Below are positions 21,848 to 30,517 of a stretch of 64,000 bases of DNA, piece after piece. Position 1 is the first letter of the stretch. The number at the start of each line of letters is the position of its first letter. The stretch comes from a virus. The notes below the pieces were generated by a model. It was given only the letters and a program-made list of their open reading frames with translations. It searched no databases and had not been told where the DNA came from. The stretch spans positions 2,723 through 66,722 of the IMG/VR virus record IMGVR_UViG_3300034019_000586. One strand, given 5' to 3'. A program made the translations under genes and the position numbers.

Positions 21848-21874
21848 CAAAAGTAGTAAATTCAATTATCTTTG
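21848..21874. promoter_or_regulatory. Back-to-back Bacteroidota -7 boxes
   Basis: TACTTTTG on - (21848-21855) faces the HNH gene; TATCTTTG on + (21867-21874) faces ORF 21895. Confidence 0.55.
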
Positions 21875-21894
21875 TCAAATAAATTTAATTTAAG

Positions 21895-22356
21895 ATGATT
21901 ACAGCAACACCAAACGGTAAAACGCTTTCTGTTCAGGTTGAACAAGGGGCGACAACATACATTGCAGCAGAAAATCCTGTATTGGACGGGGTATTTGTTG
22001 CTCAAATTCCTGAGAGCAGTATTCGTCAATCGTTTACGGTTACGGACTGTTTAGATGGAACTTCGGCAGACGAATATCTGAAATACGATGGCGACCACGT
22101 TATTTTGACTTCTCGTGTAGTTAATGGTAAAAATGAATTTGAGGGCTTGAAGATTGGCCTAACTAATTCAGAGAGTGGAGATCGTTTCACAGTAGGCGAA
22201 TACTTGCCTCATGCCGAATGTATCAAGTTGAGGACGACGAAGGAAAACGGCATTGTGATTACGACTCGTTACTCTGATTTAGCGAATGTGTCTAAGTCTG
22301 AGGAAACGCGGAGGGCTTATTTCGAGGCTATCCGTAAAGCAGTTATTTTTGAGTAG
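21895..22356 (+). CDS. Hypothetical protein
   Basis: 153-aa ORF with its own promoter box, followed by a terminator. Confidence 0.55.
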   Translation: MITATPNGKTLSVQVEQGATTYIAAENPVLDGVFVAQIPESSIRQSFTVTDCLDGTSADEYLKYDGDHVILTSRVVNGKNEFEGLKIGLTNSESGDRFTVGEYLPHAECIKLRTTKENGIVITTRYSDLANVSKSEETRRAYFEAIRKAVIFE

Positions 22357-22397
22357 GATTTTGATTTTTAGAAATAAAATGTTTAGTGTGATTAAAT

Positions 22398-22428
22398 GAA
22401 AAGCCCCTCAAACGTGAGGGGTTTTTTC
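22398..22428. terminator. Bidirectional intrinsic terminator
   Basis: GAAAAGCCCCTCA-AACG-TGAGGGGTTTTTTC between converging gene blocks. Confidence 0.8.
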
Positions 22429-22460
22429 ATCCATATCTAAAAGTATTAATTAATTCACGT

Positions 22461-22847
22461 TCAAAAAGGAAGATCATCGCTTTCATTTGGAACATTGGTG
22501 TTAAAACTCTCGTTGGGCTTCATCGCTGGCCGCTGATTCGTAGTGGCATCTTCTTTCGGCTTACACGTCCATCCCGTCAATTGAGTGAAGAACTTTCCTT
22601 GCCATTCTCTTCCAGTGACTTCGGCTTGAATTTCGACTTCCTGGCCGATTGTTGCTGCGTCGATTTCCCCGATTCTTTGGTTGCTGAACTGAATCTGGAT
22701 AAGGTGTGTTTTCGACCTCCCGTTTGTCCATGATTCAAAGACGGATATTACTATGTCTTTGGCCGAGAAGTTGTCGGTGACTTGTTTTGTTTCGGACAGT
22801 TGGTGAACTTTGCCGATGATGGTTACTTTTCTGTTTGTGTTTGACAT
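22461..22847 (-). CDS. DUF3127-family putative ssDNA-binding protein
   Basis: OB-fold-like pattern, GREWQGKFF motif, acidic DDLPF tail. Confidence 0.8.
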   Translation of the reverse strand: MSNTNRKVTIIGKVHQLSETKQVTDNFSAKDIVISVFESWTNGRSKTHLIQIQFSNQRIGEIDAATIGQEVEIQAEVTGREWQGKFFTQLTGWTCKPKEDATTNQRPAMKPNESFNTNVPNESDDLPF

Positions 22848-22859
22848 TTGATTTATTCA

Positions 22860-23483
22860 TTAAGTGTAAATACCTATTCTTTCTTGATATTCTTTCCGTA
22901 GTTCAATTCTTTCTTGCGTGGTGAATGTTTTCCCCGCCGCTGTTAATTCCTTCGCTATTTGCCTCGCTATTACAATCTTCTCCTTTAATTCAGGAATTGA
23001 CAATTTGATAAATGGATACTGCCTGACAATGCCCTCGTTTATGTTCAGCCAAAATCCAAATCCGAACAGTTCTTTTAATCCTTTGTCGTACCCCGACCTA
23101 TTGGAAGATTGATACCCATTGCAATGTTCGTCTTGTAGCCAGATATTGAACAGGTGATAACGCAGTGAATTATTTGAGCCGACTGAATGGTAGTGACCTG
23201 CATTCTTTTTCTTTGGAGGTTTCTGACACGAAATGCAGTTGTGCCCCGCATCAATTAATCTTACAATAGTATTAATTTCAGTCTGCAATAAATTCTCATA
23301 ATCACCATGCGTTCTATGCTTTTCTCTAACTTCCTTCTTCCATGAATTAAAGCTATCACGTTCAACTTTCTTAATTAATTTAGGGTTGTCTTTCGCGTAC
23401 TGAATAGCACAAACAGCACTACAACACGACTGCATCGGGTATCTTGCTTCAAACGGTATTTTACAGTTTTTACACTTGGGCAT
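22860..23483 (-). CDS. ninG: NinG/Rap-like recombination nuclease
   Basis: N-terminal CxxC...CCSxxC; CISC...AGHYHSVG...LRYHLFNIWLQDEHCN. Confidence 0.8.
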   Translation of the reverse strand: MPKCKNCKIPFEARYPMQSCCSAVCAIQYAKDNPKLIKKVERDSFNSWKKEVREKHRTHGDYENLLQTEINTIVRLIDAGHNCISCQKPPKKKNAGHYHSVGSNNSLRYHLFNIWLQDEHCNGYQSSNRSGYDKGLKELFGFGFWLNINEGIVRQYPFIKLSIPELKEKIVIARQIAKELTAAGKTFTTQERIELRKEYQERIGIYT

Positions 23484-23526
23484 TTAATTAATGTTTTGAT
23501 TCATGGTGTTTCATTTTATCTATAAA

Positions 23527-24339
23527 TTAATCAGTACAAAAACCTGCTTGACAACCTGATCCTGTGCCAAAGAAAAAATCTTGCTGTAATCCAATTTTCT
23601 TGATGTTGTCGTATGACATTTCTTTTTTGAATGTGCGCTTCATTTTGCGTTCCATTTCTGCAAACCATCGCATCTTTTGTGGCTCGTCTTCCCAATTCTT
23701 TCTAAGTTGCTGATACGGTTTCCAAAAACAGCCTACGCAATTACTATCAGGAGGGAATATAAGCCCTATTGAATTAGCCCATTTCTTAACTTCAAAATGT
23801 GTCTTTTTTGATTCAATAAGCGGAAATCGCCCTATCCTCCAATTAAAGTCTTGCCATTTGTTGTTTCCGTTTTCGTGCTTTCCAACTTTTATCTTGATGT
23901 CTGTTTTGAATCGGTCTGCGCGTTCCTTTTCATCGTATCTAAACCCGACTTGCATACATATTTTTTCACCAATGTTTTTATGCCACCATTCCGCAATTGG
24001 AAACATTTTTAATTCAGTTGTACAAAATCGCTGCATCAAGTTTGGAAGTGCTTTTCTTTTTTTAATAAGGGTTTCAAACGTATCGCCCGTCACCCAAATT
24101 ATTTCTTTCCCAATCAACTGTTCCAAATCACGCATGACGTAAAGCGTTTTATCACTTTCGGCAGTTGCGATAAAGTCCATCCCTATCTTATCGCTTGCGT
24201 ACTTTACAATACTTTCGTCTTTAGGCTTGCAGTAATCCGCTTCAATTCTAACCAATGCAAAAATATTGTAGTCCACAGGGTGATGAGCAGCCATGTAGGA
24301 AGACGTTTTACCGCCAGATAATGAATTTACTGTAATCAT
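23527..24339 (-). CDS. PAPS-reductase-like (adenine nucleotide alpha hydrolase) protein
   Basis: SLSGGKTS PP-loop, RFCTTELK, GFRYDE and SNCVGCF Cys cluster. Confidence 0.75.
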   Translation of the reverse strand: MITVNSLSGGKTSSYMAAHHPVDYNIFALVRIEADYCKPKDESIVKYASDKIGMDFIATAESDKTLYVMRDLEQLIGKEIIWVTGDTFETLIKKRKALPNLMQRFCTTELKMFPIAEWWHKNIGEKICMQVGFRYDEKERADRFKTDIKIKVGKHENGNNKWQDFNWRIGRFPLIESKKTHFEVKKWANSIGLIFPPDSNCVGCFWKPYQQLRKNWEDEPQKMRWFAEMERKMKRTFKKEMSYDNIKKIGLQQDFFFGTGSGCQAGFCTD

Positions 24340-24737
24340 AGCGCAAATGATTTTAGGTAGCTAACACCACTTTCTAAATCTTCAAAAACAATATCGGATA
24401 CCTGAGTTATGAATGACAAGTATGCGTCTTTAATCGTTTCGTGGTTGGGTTCTAAAACAGTTATGACTGTTTTTCCCAATCCTTTTGCATAACCCGCCTC
24501 GCAACACAAACCAATGCAACTTGTATTTGTTCTTTCGACGTACACAAAAACAATATCGCACTGCTTAATGAAATGCAAATCCCATTTTCCGTATTCATTT
24601 ACATTCATCACAATTCGTTCCCCGTTCTTAAATTCTTTATCTTTTGGGTTTATCCATTGGAAATTATCAGAACTCTTTTTCACTTCACTTGCCCAGTCGC
24701 TTTTAAAGCCGCCCGCTAAGTACACTTTTTGTTTCAT
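24336..24737 (-). CDS. Nucleoside 2-deoxyribosyltransferase-like protein
   Basis: KVYLAGG...WINP...WDLHFIKQCDIVF...G...EAGYAKGLGK pattern. Confidence 0.75.
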   Translation of the reverse strand: MKQKVYLAGGFKSDWASEVKKSSDNFQWINPKDKEFKNGERIVMNVNEYGKWDLHFIKQCDIVFVYVERTNTSCIGLCCEAGYAKGLGKTVITVLEPNHETIKDAYLSFITQVSDIVFEDLESGVSYLKSFAL

Positions 24738-24861
24738 GGTGTTTCATTTTATCTCGGCAGATCAGATTCAAGTTCTTCTTTCCATGCTTGCATTGCTTCT
24801 GTGAAAGTACCGTCAGTATTTGCTTCGAGGTACTTCATTATTGTTGTTTCTTCCATCTGAA

Positions 24862-25047
24862 TTAAAAGTTATTGGTTGGTATGAATTGACTTGATTTAGT
24901 CCAGTGTTTTTGCCCGTCAGCAAGTACACAAACCTTGTCTTTATGCCATGACATAATTTGGTATATGTGTCCTTTTTTGAGCATTGGGTCGTGGTCTGAG
25001 TTGCAGATAGCGTGACCATACGCGGGTGTGTCGGAGGGTGTTATCAT
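24862..25047 (-). CDS. Hypothetical protein
   Basis: 61-aa ORF tiling the leftward operon. Confidence 0.4.
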   Translation of the reverse strand: MITPSDTPAYGHAICNSDHDPMLKKGHIYQIMSWHKDKVCVLADGQKHWTKSSQFIPTNNF

Positions 25048-25052
25048 CTTGT

Positions 25053-25391
25053 TTATGTGTTTTGTTTCTCAATAGTTATCTCACCTGACTTGATTCCCTT
25101 AATCACTTCAATCGACATTAGCAACTCAGCCGTCGAAGATGAACCAAGAAGGGTAAATAGTTCTTCAAATATATTCAAAACTTCTGAATTTACTGCCTCA
25201 CCACCCTCAACATTCCATAAAGTCGCAATATTCTTCCCGTGCTTCTTTACAATTAATTCAGACAGCCTATTTGATAGCATCCTGACATCGTGCAATGGCG
25301 TTTTGGATTCAGTTAATTCATCTATGCTGAAAACCGTCATTTGAAGCAATGCGTAGGTCTTAAACAGTCTTATTTTTTCTTCGTGGGTCAT
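25053..25391 (-). CDS. Hypothetical protein
   Basis: 112-aa ORF tiling the leftward operon. Confidence 0.55.
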   Translation of the reverse strand: MTHEEKIRLFKTYALLQMTVFSIDELTESKTPLHDVRMLSNRLSELIVKKHGKNIATLWNVEGGEAVNSEVLNIFEELFTLLGSSSTAELLMSIEVIKGIKSGEITIEKQNT

Positions 25392-25392
25392 A

Positions 25393-25563
25393 TTAAACTT
25401 TATAGATATTGTTTCCTGTCAATTCATAGAGTTGATTCATAACTTCCCTTGTCCTTCCGTTGTCTTCAATAGTTGGTTTAAGCGATCTTCTCCCGTTGAG
25501 CGCAATTAGTTCTTCTAAAAGTTGTGATTTTAGTTGTTTTTGTTCTGAATTAAGTTCGGTCAT
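25393..25563 (-). CDS. Small hypothetical protein (56 aa, not in ORF track)
   Basis: MTELNSEQKQLKSQLLEELIALNGRR...NNIYKV; fills the gap, with an ATGA overlap to the upstream gene. Confidence 0.5.
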   Translation of the reverse strand: MTELNSEQKQLKSQLLEELIALNGRRSLKPTIEDNGRTREVMNQLYELTGNNIYKV

Positions 25564-25949
25564 AAGTAAAACAATGATTTAACGTGCGATATGCAATTTG
25601 TAAAATGAGTAGAGCAACAATTTGTTTTATACCTCGTGTCGCTATATCCTTCTGATGAGAAATAATCCCATTGAAACCTTTTAGCCATATCTGTTATCTG
25701 TTTTAATTCCTGAGCAACGGAATACTGTTCTAAAAAATCAGAAACCAAAAGTTCCTCAAAAACGCAATTCATGGAAAACTTAATTAATTCACAAAAAACT
25801 ATGTTTTCCCCATCTGACTTGTAGCATATCTGAATCCGCTTGCCATCTTGCTTGCGAATACAGTCGGAAACAATAAATCCTTTTTTAATGGCTAACGATG
25901 CCTTAATTGAAAATCCGACAAAGGCCGTTGGTATCTCAGAATATGTCAT
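25560..25949 (-). CDS. Hypothetical protein
   Basis: 129-aa ORF overlapping the DnaB stop. Confidence 0.5.
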   Translation of the reverse strand: MTYSEIPTAFVGFSIKASLAIKKGFIVSDCIRKQDGKRIQICYKSDGENIVFCELIKFSMNCVFEELLVSDFLEQYSVAQELKQITDMAKRFQWDYFSSEGYSDTRYKTNCCSTHFTNCISHVKSLFYL

Positions 25950-27330
25950 TTTGTTGTGTTGGTGTTTGAACTCGTGTGTATAGGTGTGTGTTTAACAGGT
26001 CTGCATCCCTGTATTCAATTTTGCCTGACTCCCAATGAGCGAAGGCACTAATGTTTGGTGTTCCTGATCTGTTTTTAGCGAAAATAAATTCAATGATGCC
26101 GTCAAGCGGTTGTTTGTTAATGGGGTCTATAAATTCACTGTATTGCCCCCTAAACTTTTCAGCATAATATAGCAGTACTACTGTATCAGCATCGGCTTCT
26201 ATGTTTCCAGACTCCCTTAAATCACTTGCTGTTGGTCGTCCGAATGGTCTGCTATCGGCTGATTTGCCTACCTGCGCAAGAAGTATTATCGGTATATCTA
26301 ATTCATTAGCAATAGCTTTAAGCGACCTTGTAATGAATCCAAGAGCTTGATCTCGTGTCTGATTTTTATTCTGTTCGGTTGACATTATCTGCAAGTAATC
26401 AACCATTGCCCATCCAATTGAAAATCTCTTTTTGTGGTACTTAATTTTGGCAATGATCTGATGGGCAGACATTCCCGCTGTGGGGTCAATGTATAGGTTC
26501 GATGCTTTAGCTTTTTGAGCAGCATTAAGAACGGTATTAAATTCACCATCACTAAGCTGTGATCTCTGCATTTTGCTGTACCTAATACCTGAATTAGTTG
26601 TTAATTGCCTATACGTTGTTTGGTCAGCCGACATTTCAAGCTGTGCTATGTAGCCTGCCGATTGTTTTTCCGCGTTTTGGGCTATAAACATACTGATTTC
26701 GCTTTTTCCTGTACCGGGTCGTCCCGCAAATACGTGAAGCCCTGTTTGTAAGCCGCCCATAACGTAATCTATTGAAGTTAGTCCCGTAGATATCCCTGAA
26801 ACTCCGTCACTATTCAAACCTTTTGCAATTTTCGCCACTGCGTTATCAATTCTTTTTCCTGTGTCCATAATCATCATTCCTGACCTCGTAGAGCCTATTT
26901 CGATAAACTTCATGTGAAATTCATCCATGACGTCCGAAATATTGCCTGTATAGGCTTCTAATGCGTATTTCTGACATAAGTCAATAAATACTCTTGCATC
27001 ACGTAGATTTTTTGCAAGCGAAACCCAGCTTTCAATATTTGGAAATTGTAGGCCTTTTGTAAGTTCAGAAAGTTTTAGCGCAATGTTCTGCGGCATATCC
27101 CTTTCGATTTGTGCCGTTCGCTGTCTTACGGAAATAATATCGGGTTCAATTCCTTCTTTGTGAAGTTCCTCAACCGCTATCCAAACTGATTTATAGAAAG
27201 GGTGTGAAAAATATGAATCGTCTATGATAGACACGCAATACAACAGAATTTCATTGTTTATGATGCAGTGTCCAAGAATTGTCTTTTCCAATTCATGGTC
27301 ATAGGGTACTATTTTTTCGGGTTGCTTCAT
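25936..27330 (-). CDS. dnaB: Replicative DNA helicase, DnaB family
   Basis: AGRPGTGKS Walker A, LEMS, VDYLQ, LAQV, SDLRESGNIEADAD and AKNRSG. Confidence 0.95.
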   Translation of the reverse strand: MKQPEKIVPYDHELEKTILGHCIINNEILLYCVSIIDDSYFSHPFYKSVWIAVEELHKEGIEPDIISVRQRTAQIERDMPQNIALKLSELTKGLQFPNIESWVSLAKNLRDARVFIDLCQKYALEAYTGNISDVMDEFHMKFIEIGSTRSGMMIMDTGKRIDNAVAKIAKGLNSDGVSGISTGLTSIDYVMGGLQTGLHVFAGRPGTGKSEISMFIAQNAEKQSAGYIAQLEMSADQTTYRQLTTNSGIRYSKMQRSQLSDGEFNTVLNAAQKAKASNLYIDPTAGMSAHQIIAKIKYHKKRFSIGWAMVDYLQIMSTEQNKNQTRDQALGFITRSLKAIANELDIPIILLAQVGKSADSRPFGRPTASDLRESGNIEADADTVVLLYYAEKFRGQYSEFIDPINKQPLDGIIEFIFAKNRSGTPNISAFAHWESGKIEYRDADLLNTHLYTRVQTPTQQNDIF

Positions 27331-27336
27331 AAACTC

Positions 27337-28185
27337 TTAGTCGTTGTCCATTCCTCTGCGGGTTGACATTGCTTTTACGGCTTCATCGTATTCTCGTTGA
27401 CTGTACGTTACACCTGCGGGAAGTTTTGAGCCTGAATTGGTTTTTGTAGTTTTTAATTTTTCAAGAAAAACGTCAATGTACATAATCCCGTCCTTGTTCT
27501 TTTGTCTTAATTTCAAAGGTGAAAGAAAGTTTTTTGTCCAAAATTCATCTTCTCTTGCCCATGTTACTGCATCTGTGATCTGCTTTTTTTCCTTTTTGTC
27601 TATTCGGATTAATTTATCGTATTCCTGTCCCCATTTGTCAAGATCAGATTGACTTGGTTTTATGCTTTCGGGTTTCATTTTTTCATTAAACCATTGAGCG
27701 AACTTTCTTCCGTCATCCGAAATTTCCAATTTTGGAGGAAAGGATTCTTTTTCATTTTCTTTACTTTCTTTTACTTTCCTTTCCTTTATAGCATTGCCTT
27801 CGGATTGCGTTGGCACTAATTTCGCATTAGATTCGCTATGCGTTCGCATACTTTCCCAACGTTTACGGGCACTTTCACGAGCCTTGTCAGACTTAGCGTT
27901 TCGCTCATTTAACCTTCTTTCTACCGAACTGCTACCAAAAGTTTCACCATCAATGACGAATAAATCAAATTCAGTAATAACAGACTCCACTATATTTTTA
28001 TCTGAACGAATATCAAACGCAATGCTATCGTAATCCGTTGGCAATGCGTTCGCATTATTGTATAAGTCTTCAACTATTGCCCAAAAGATACCGTAACCAG
28101 CCATCCCGTGTTTGGAAATAAGCCTTTTGATTTTAATATCAGTACGAGCGTTGTAGTCGTGACTGAAATAATAAGTTTCTTTCAT
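27337..28185 (-). CDS. DUF4373/Lin1244-like phage replication initiator
   Basis: YFSHDYNARTD...GYGIFWAIVEDL N-terminus and FWTKNFLSPLKLR C-terminus; directly upstream of DnaB, as in lambda O/P. Confidence 0.8.
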   Translation of the reverse strand: MKETYYFSHDYNARTDIKIKRLISKHGMAGYGIFWAIVEDLYNNANALPTDYDSIAFDIRSDKNIVESVITEFDLFVIDGETFGSSSVERRLNERNAKSDKARESARKRWESMRTHSESNAKLVPTQSEGNAIKERKVKESKENEKESFPPKLEISDDGRKFAQWFNEKMKPESIKPSQSDLDKWGQEYDKLIRIDKKEKKQITDAVTWAREDEFWTKNFLSPLKLRQKNKDGIMYIDVFLEKLKTTKTNSGSKLPAGVTYSQREYDEAVKAMSTRRGMDND

Positions 28186-28533
28186 TGAAAAATAAACCCA
28201 TCATTACACGCAAGGGCTATCCGTCGCTCGGTTGAGCTTTTTGGCAATGCGGCAATGATGGGGTTTATAAAATTCTTCATAACAGATAGCGGTACAATAA
28301 TACGACTTCAATCATCAGAAGTCAAGTAAGGCGAAAGGAGTTATTAACTAAATTCAGATCATTCCTCCCCTTCGTGTCCTGTTGTAATAGCCGGATATTC
28401 TCTAAGGTTTCGGATAACGACGTTTTTGTATTTCAGATCGTGTTGCTTTTTCAGATAAAGACGGGTGAGTTTTGCTACATACTTGTAGAGAAAAACTTCT
28501 CTTTTTGATTGCGGTCGGTTACGGGTCATAACC

Positions 28534-28995
28534 TTAATTTAGTTTGTTAGCCACTATAAACCCTCCGACAAAAGCTGCGGGTACAAATACGGCAATTCCG
28601 AATTTCAATGCCTTGTTGCCCCTTGTTAGCTTCTTATTCTTGTGAATTGCCTGGTCTAATTCAAATTTGTATTGTTCTGCAACATCGTTCTTGATCTCAA
28701 ACGCCTGAATTAAGTCCTGAGTACTTCTTGCTGCTATGCCTGTTTGGTTCTCATACTCTTTGATGATAGCCATGTTAATCGAATCCCTTTCCTCACAGAT
28801 TGAACGTAATTCATATTCGTAAAGCATCCGGCCAAATGAAACGGTGAATCTCCATTTTAAGGCATCGTTTGAATTACTTTGTGACAAAGAATCCTGACTG
28901 CCAAAGGGAGTCGAACTCATGAACTGACCGCTCATAGACTTGATTAAAAGTAGAGGTATCAGCAGGGCTGTTATTCGTAATATACTTCGTAACAT
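28534..28995 (-). CDS. Membrane-anchored coiled-coil protein (spanin-like)
   Basis: N-terminal signal-like segment, coiled coil and C-terminal TM; overlaps the upstream ORF by 122 nt. Confidence 0.45.
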   Translation of the reverse strand: MLRSILRITALLIPLLLIKSMSGQFMSSTPFGSQDSLSQSNSNDALKWRFTVSFGRMLYEYELRSICEERDSINMAIIKEYENQTGIAARSTQDLIQAFEIKNDVAEQYKFELDQAIHKNKKLTRGNKALKFGIAVFVPAAFVGGFIVANKLN

Positions 28996-29266
28996 ATCGG
29001 TTAAAAATTTGGGGTTGTTTTTCGATTATTGTTTGTCTTTGCTCGGATAGTTCCTGAATCTTTAAGTTGCTTTCCTGAATTAATTCACGGTATTTCTCCT
29101 GCATTTTAAGCAAGGAATCTGCCTTTTGATCGTACTTCTCCATGAAGTCAACCTTTATGTTGTCAGTCCTGACCGAACTAATCACAAAGGCCACAATCAT
29201 TATTACAAGCAGCGACCAAAAGGCTGAATTAATCCACTTTGTTGTTTTCTCTTTATTCATCTTCAC
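28874..29266 (-). CDS. N-terminal TM coiled-coil protein (i-spanin-like)
   Basis: Single N-terminal TM followed by a coiled coil. Confidence 0.45.
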   Translation of the reverse strand: MKMNKEKTTKWINSAFWSLLVIMIVAFVISSVRTDNIKVDFMEKYDQKADSLLKMQEKYRELIQESNLKIQELSEQRQTIIEKQPQIFNRYVTKYITNNSPADTSTFNQVYERSVHEFDSLWQSGFFVTK

Positions 29267-30281
29267 CTCCTGTTTCTATTTCCTGACTTGACAACGACTT
29301 GATAAATTTCCTCGTTTCAAATTCGTCCTGAGCGTACTTGTGAAAATATCGGCTTACTTCGCAGCTTTCCTTAATCTTGTCCTCATCCCGCTCCACAACA
29401 AATTCATAGTATTTGTCCTCATCGGGTATCGGAATAAAGGAATGATAAACCGCTAAAACCTCGCTACCGTCGTTCTTTGGGTCGATATCCAATCCTGCTA
29501 AATAGGCATCAAAGTTCTGTTCCGTGTACACCATATCCTTTACAGCCATGACCTGCGCCCACTTCGGCATTTCGCCATCCCAATCACCAAATGTTTGCTT
29601 CTTAATTTCGTCAAGTACCTGCATATATGGTGTATCGGTCAAACAAAAACAAATCTTGTGTCTTTCTGCTCCTGTCAAGTGCATATAGTCAACTCCCTGC
29701 CAATCGTAAACGGGCTTTAATTTAGCCGTTATGCTGTCATAAAAAGTGATAATATCCCATGAACATTTAACGTCCAAAGTTTCCTTGCATCCAATCAGTT
29801 TTTCACCAACGTACAAGTCAACTTCTCCTGTTGTCCTGTTCTCATGATCGTACAACCGTTCTTCGTTTTTCCTGAAATAGGCGTCATTCATCAAAGAAAC
29901 AAGCGTAATCCCCTTTTCCTCATTCAGCTTTCCTTTCTTCGTGTACTTGTTGCTGATTTCCTTGCTCCTGTCATACTTCCAACTTACCCACTGCCGACGT
30001 GCTGACTTCAAAGCCGTTGCAGATATGTGAGGCTCGTTTAATTTAAGCTCTAAGGTCTGCTTTTCTAAATTCATTTTCTGAATCCTCGCAAGAAGATTTT
30101 GGGCGGTTTTTGTTTCCTTGTTAGCCGTAGATGCGTAGGTTGAATTAGCGGTAACTAATTTAGACGCTACTTCATCGTACTTCTCTTTAGGCGACTTCCC
30201 TCGTGGTTTCGTCAGTAGTTCAGACTTCGCGGAGGCTCGGAAATAGAGTCCTCCGTCTGATTGGTTTGTGATGTTGCTCAT
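29253..30281 (-). CDS. YqaJ/lambda-exonuclease-like nuclease
   Basis: FRAS..., KGKLNEE, TGEVD...DVKCSWD...YDWQGVDYM PD-(D/E)xK pattern. Confidence 0.75.
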   Translation of the reverse strand: MSNITNQSDGGLYFRASAKSELLTKPRGKSPKEKYDEVASKLVTANSTYASTANKETKTAQNLLARIQKMNLEKQTLELKLNEPHISATALKSARRQWVSWKYDRSKEISNKYTKKGKLNEEKGITLVSLMNDAYFRKNEERLYDHENRTTGEVDLYVGEKLIGCKETLDVKCSWDIITFYDSITAKLKPVYDWQGVDYMHLTGAERHKICFCLTDTPYMQVLDEIKKQTFGDWDGEMPKWAQVMAVKDMVYTEQNFDAYLAGLDIDPKNDGSEVLAVYHSFIPIPDEDKYYEFVVERDEDKIKESCEVSRYFHKYAQDEFETRKFIKSLSSQEIETGGEDE

Positions 30282-30511
30282 GGTTCAAGTGATTGAATTA
30301 GTTCTGTTTTGGTTCTGAACACCTTGTCTTCTGTAAGAATAATTAAGTCCGACGGTGAACCTTCTTTTGCAAGCTGAAACCAATACTTAATGACACCACT
30401 GACTTTAGATATTTCCGTATCTATTCTGTAAACTAATTGGCGTCTTATCTTGCTGTTATTATCCAAGAAAAACAATGGTTCGTCTAAGTCGTATGCTGTT
30501 GTGATTGTCAT
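30278..30511 (-). CDS. Hypothetical protein
   Basis: 77-aa ORF coupled to its neighbours. Confidence 0.55.
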   Translation of the reverse strand: MTITTAYDLDEPLFFLDNNSKIRRQLVYRIDTEISKVSGVIKYWFQLAKEGSPSDLIILTEDKVFRTKTELIQSLEP

Positions 30512-30517
30512 TTTGTT

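Noticed and set aside
18112-22356. Diversity-generating retroelement acting on the tail fibre
   Set aside because: No reverse transcriptase and no template/variable repeat pair was seen.
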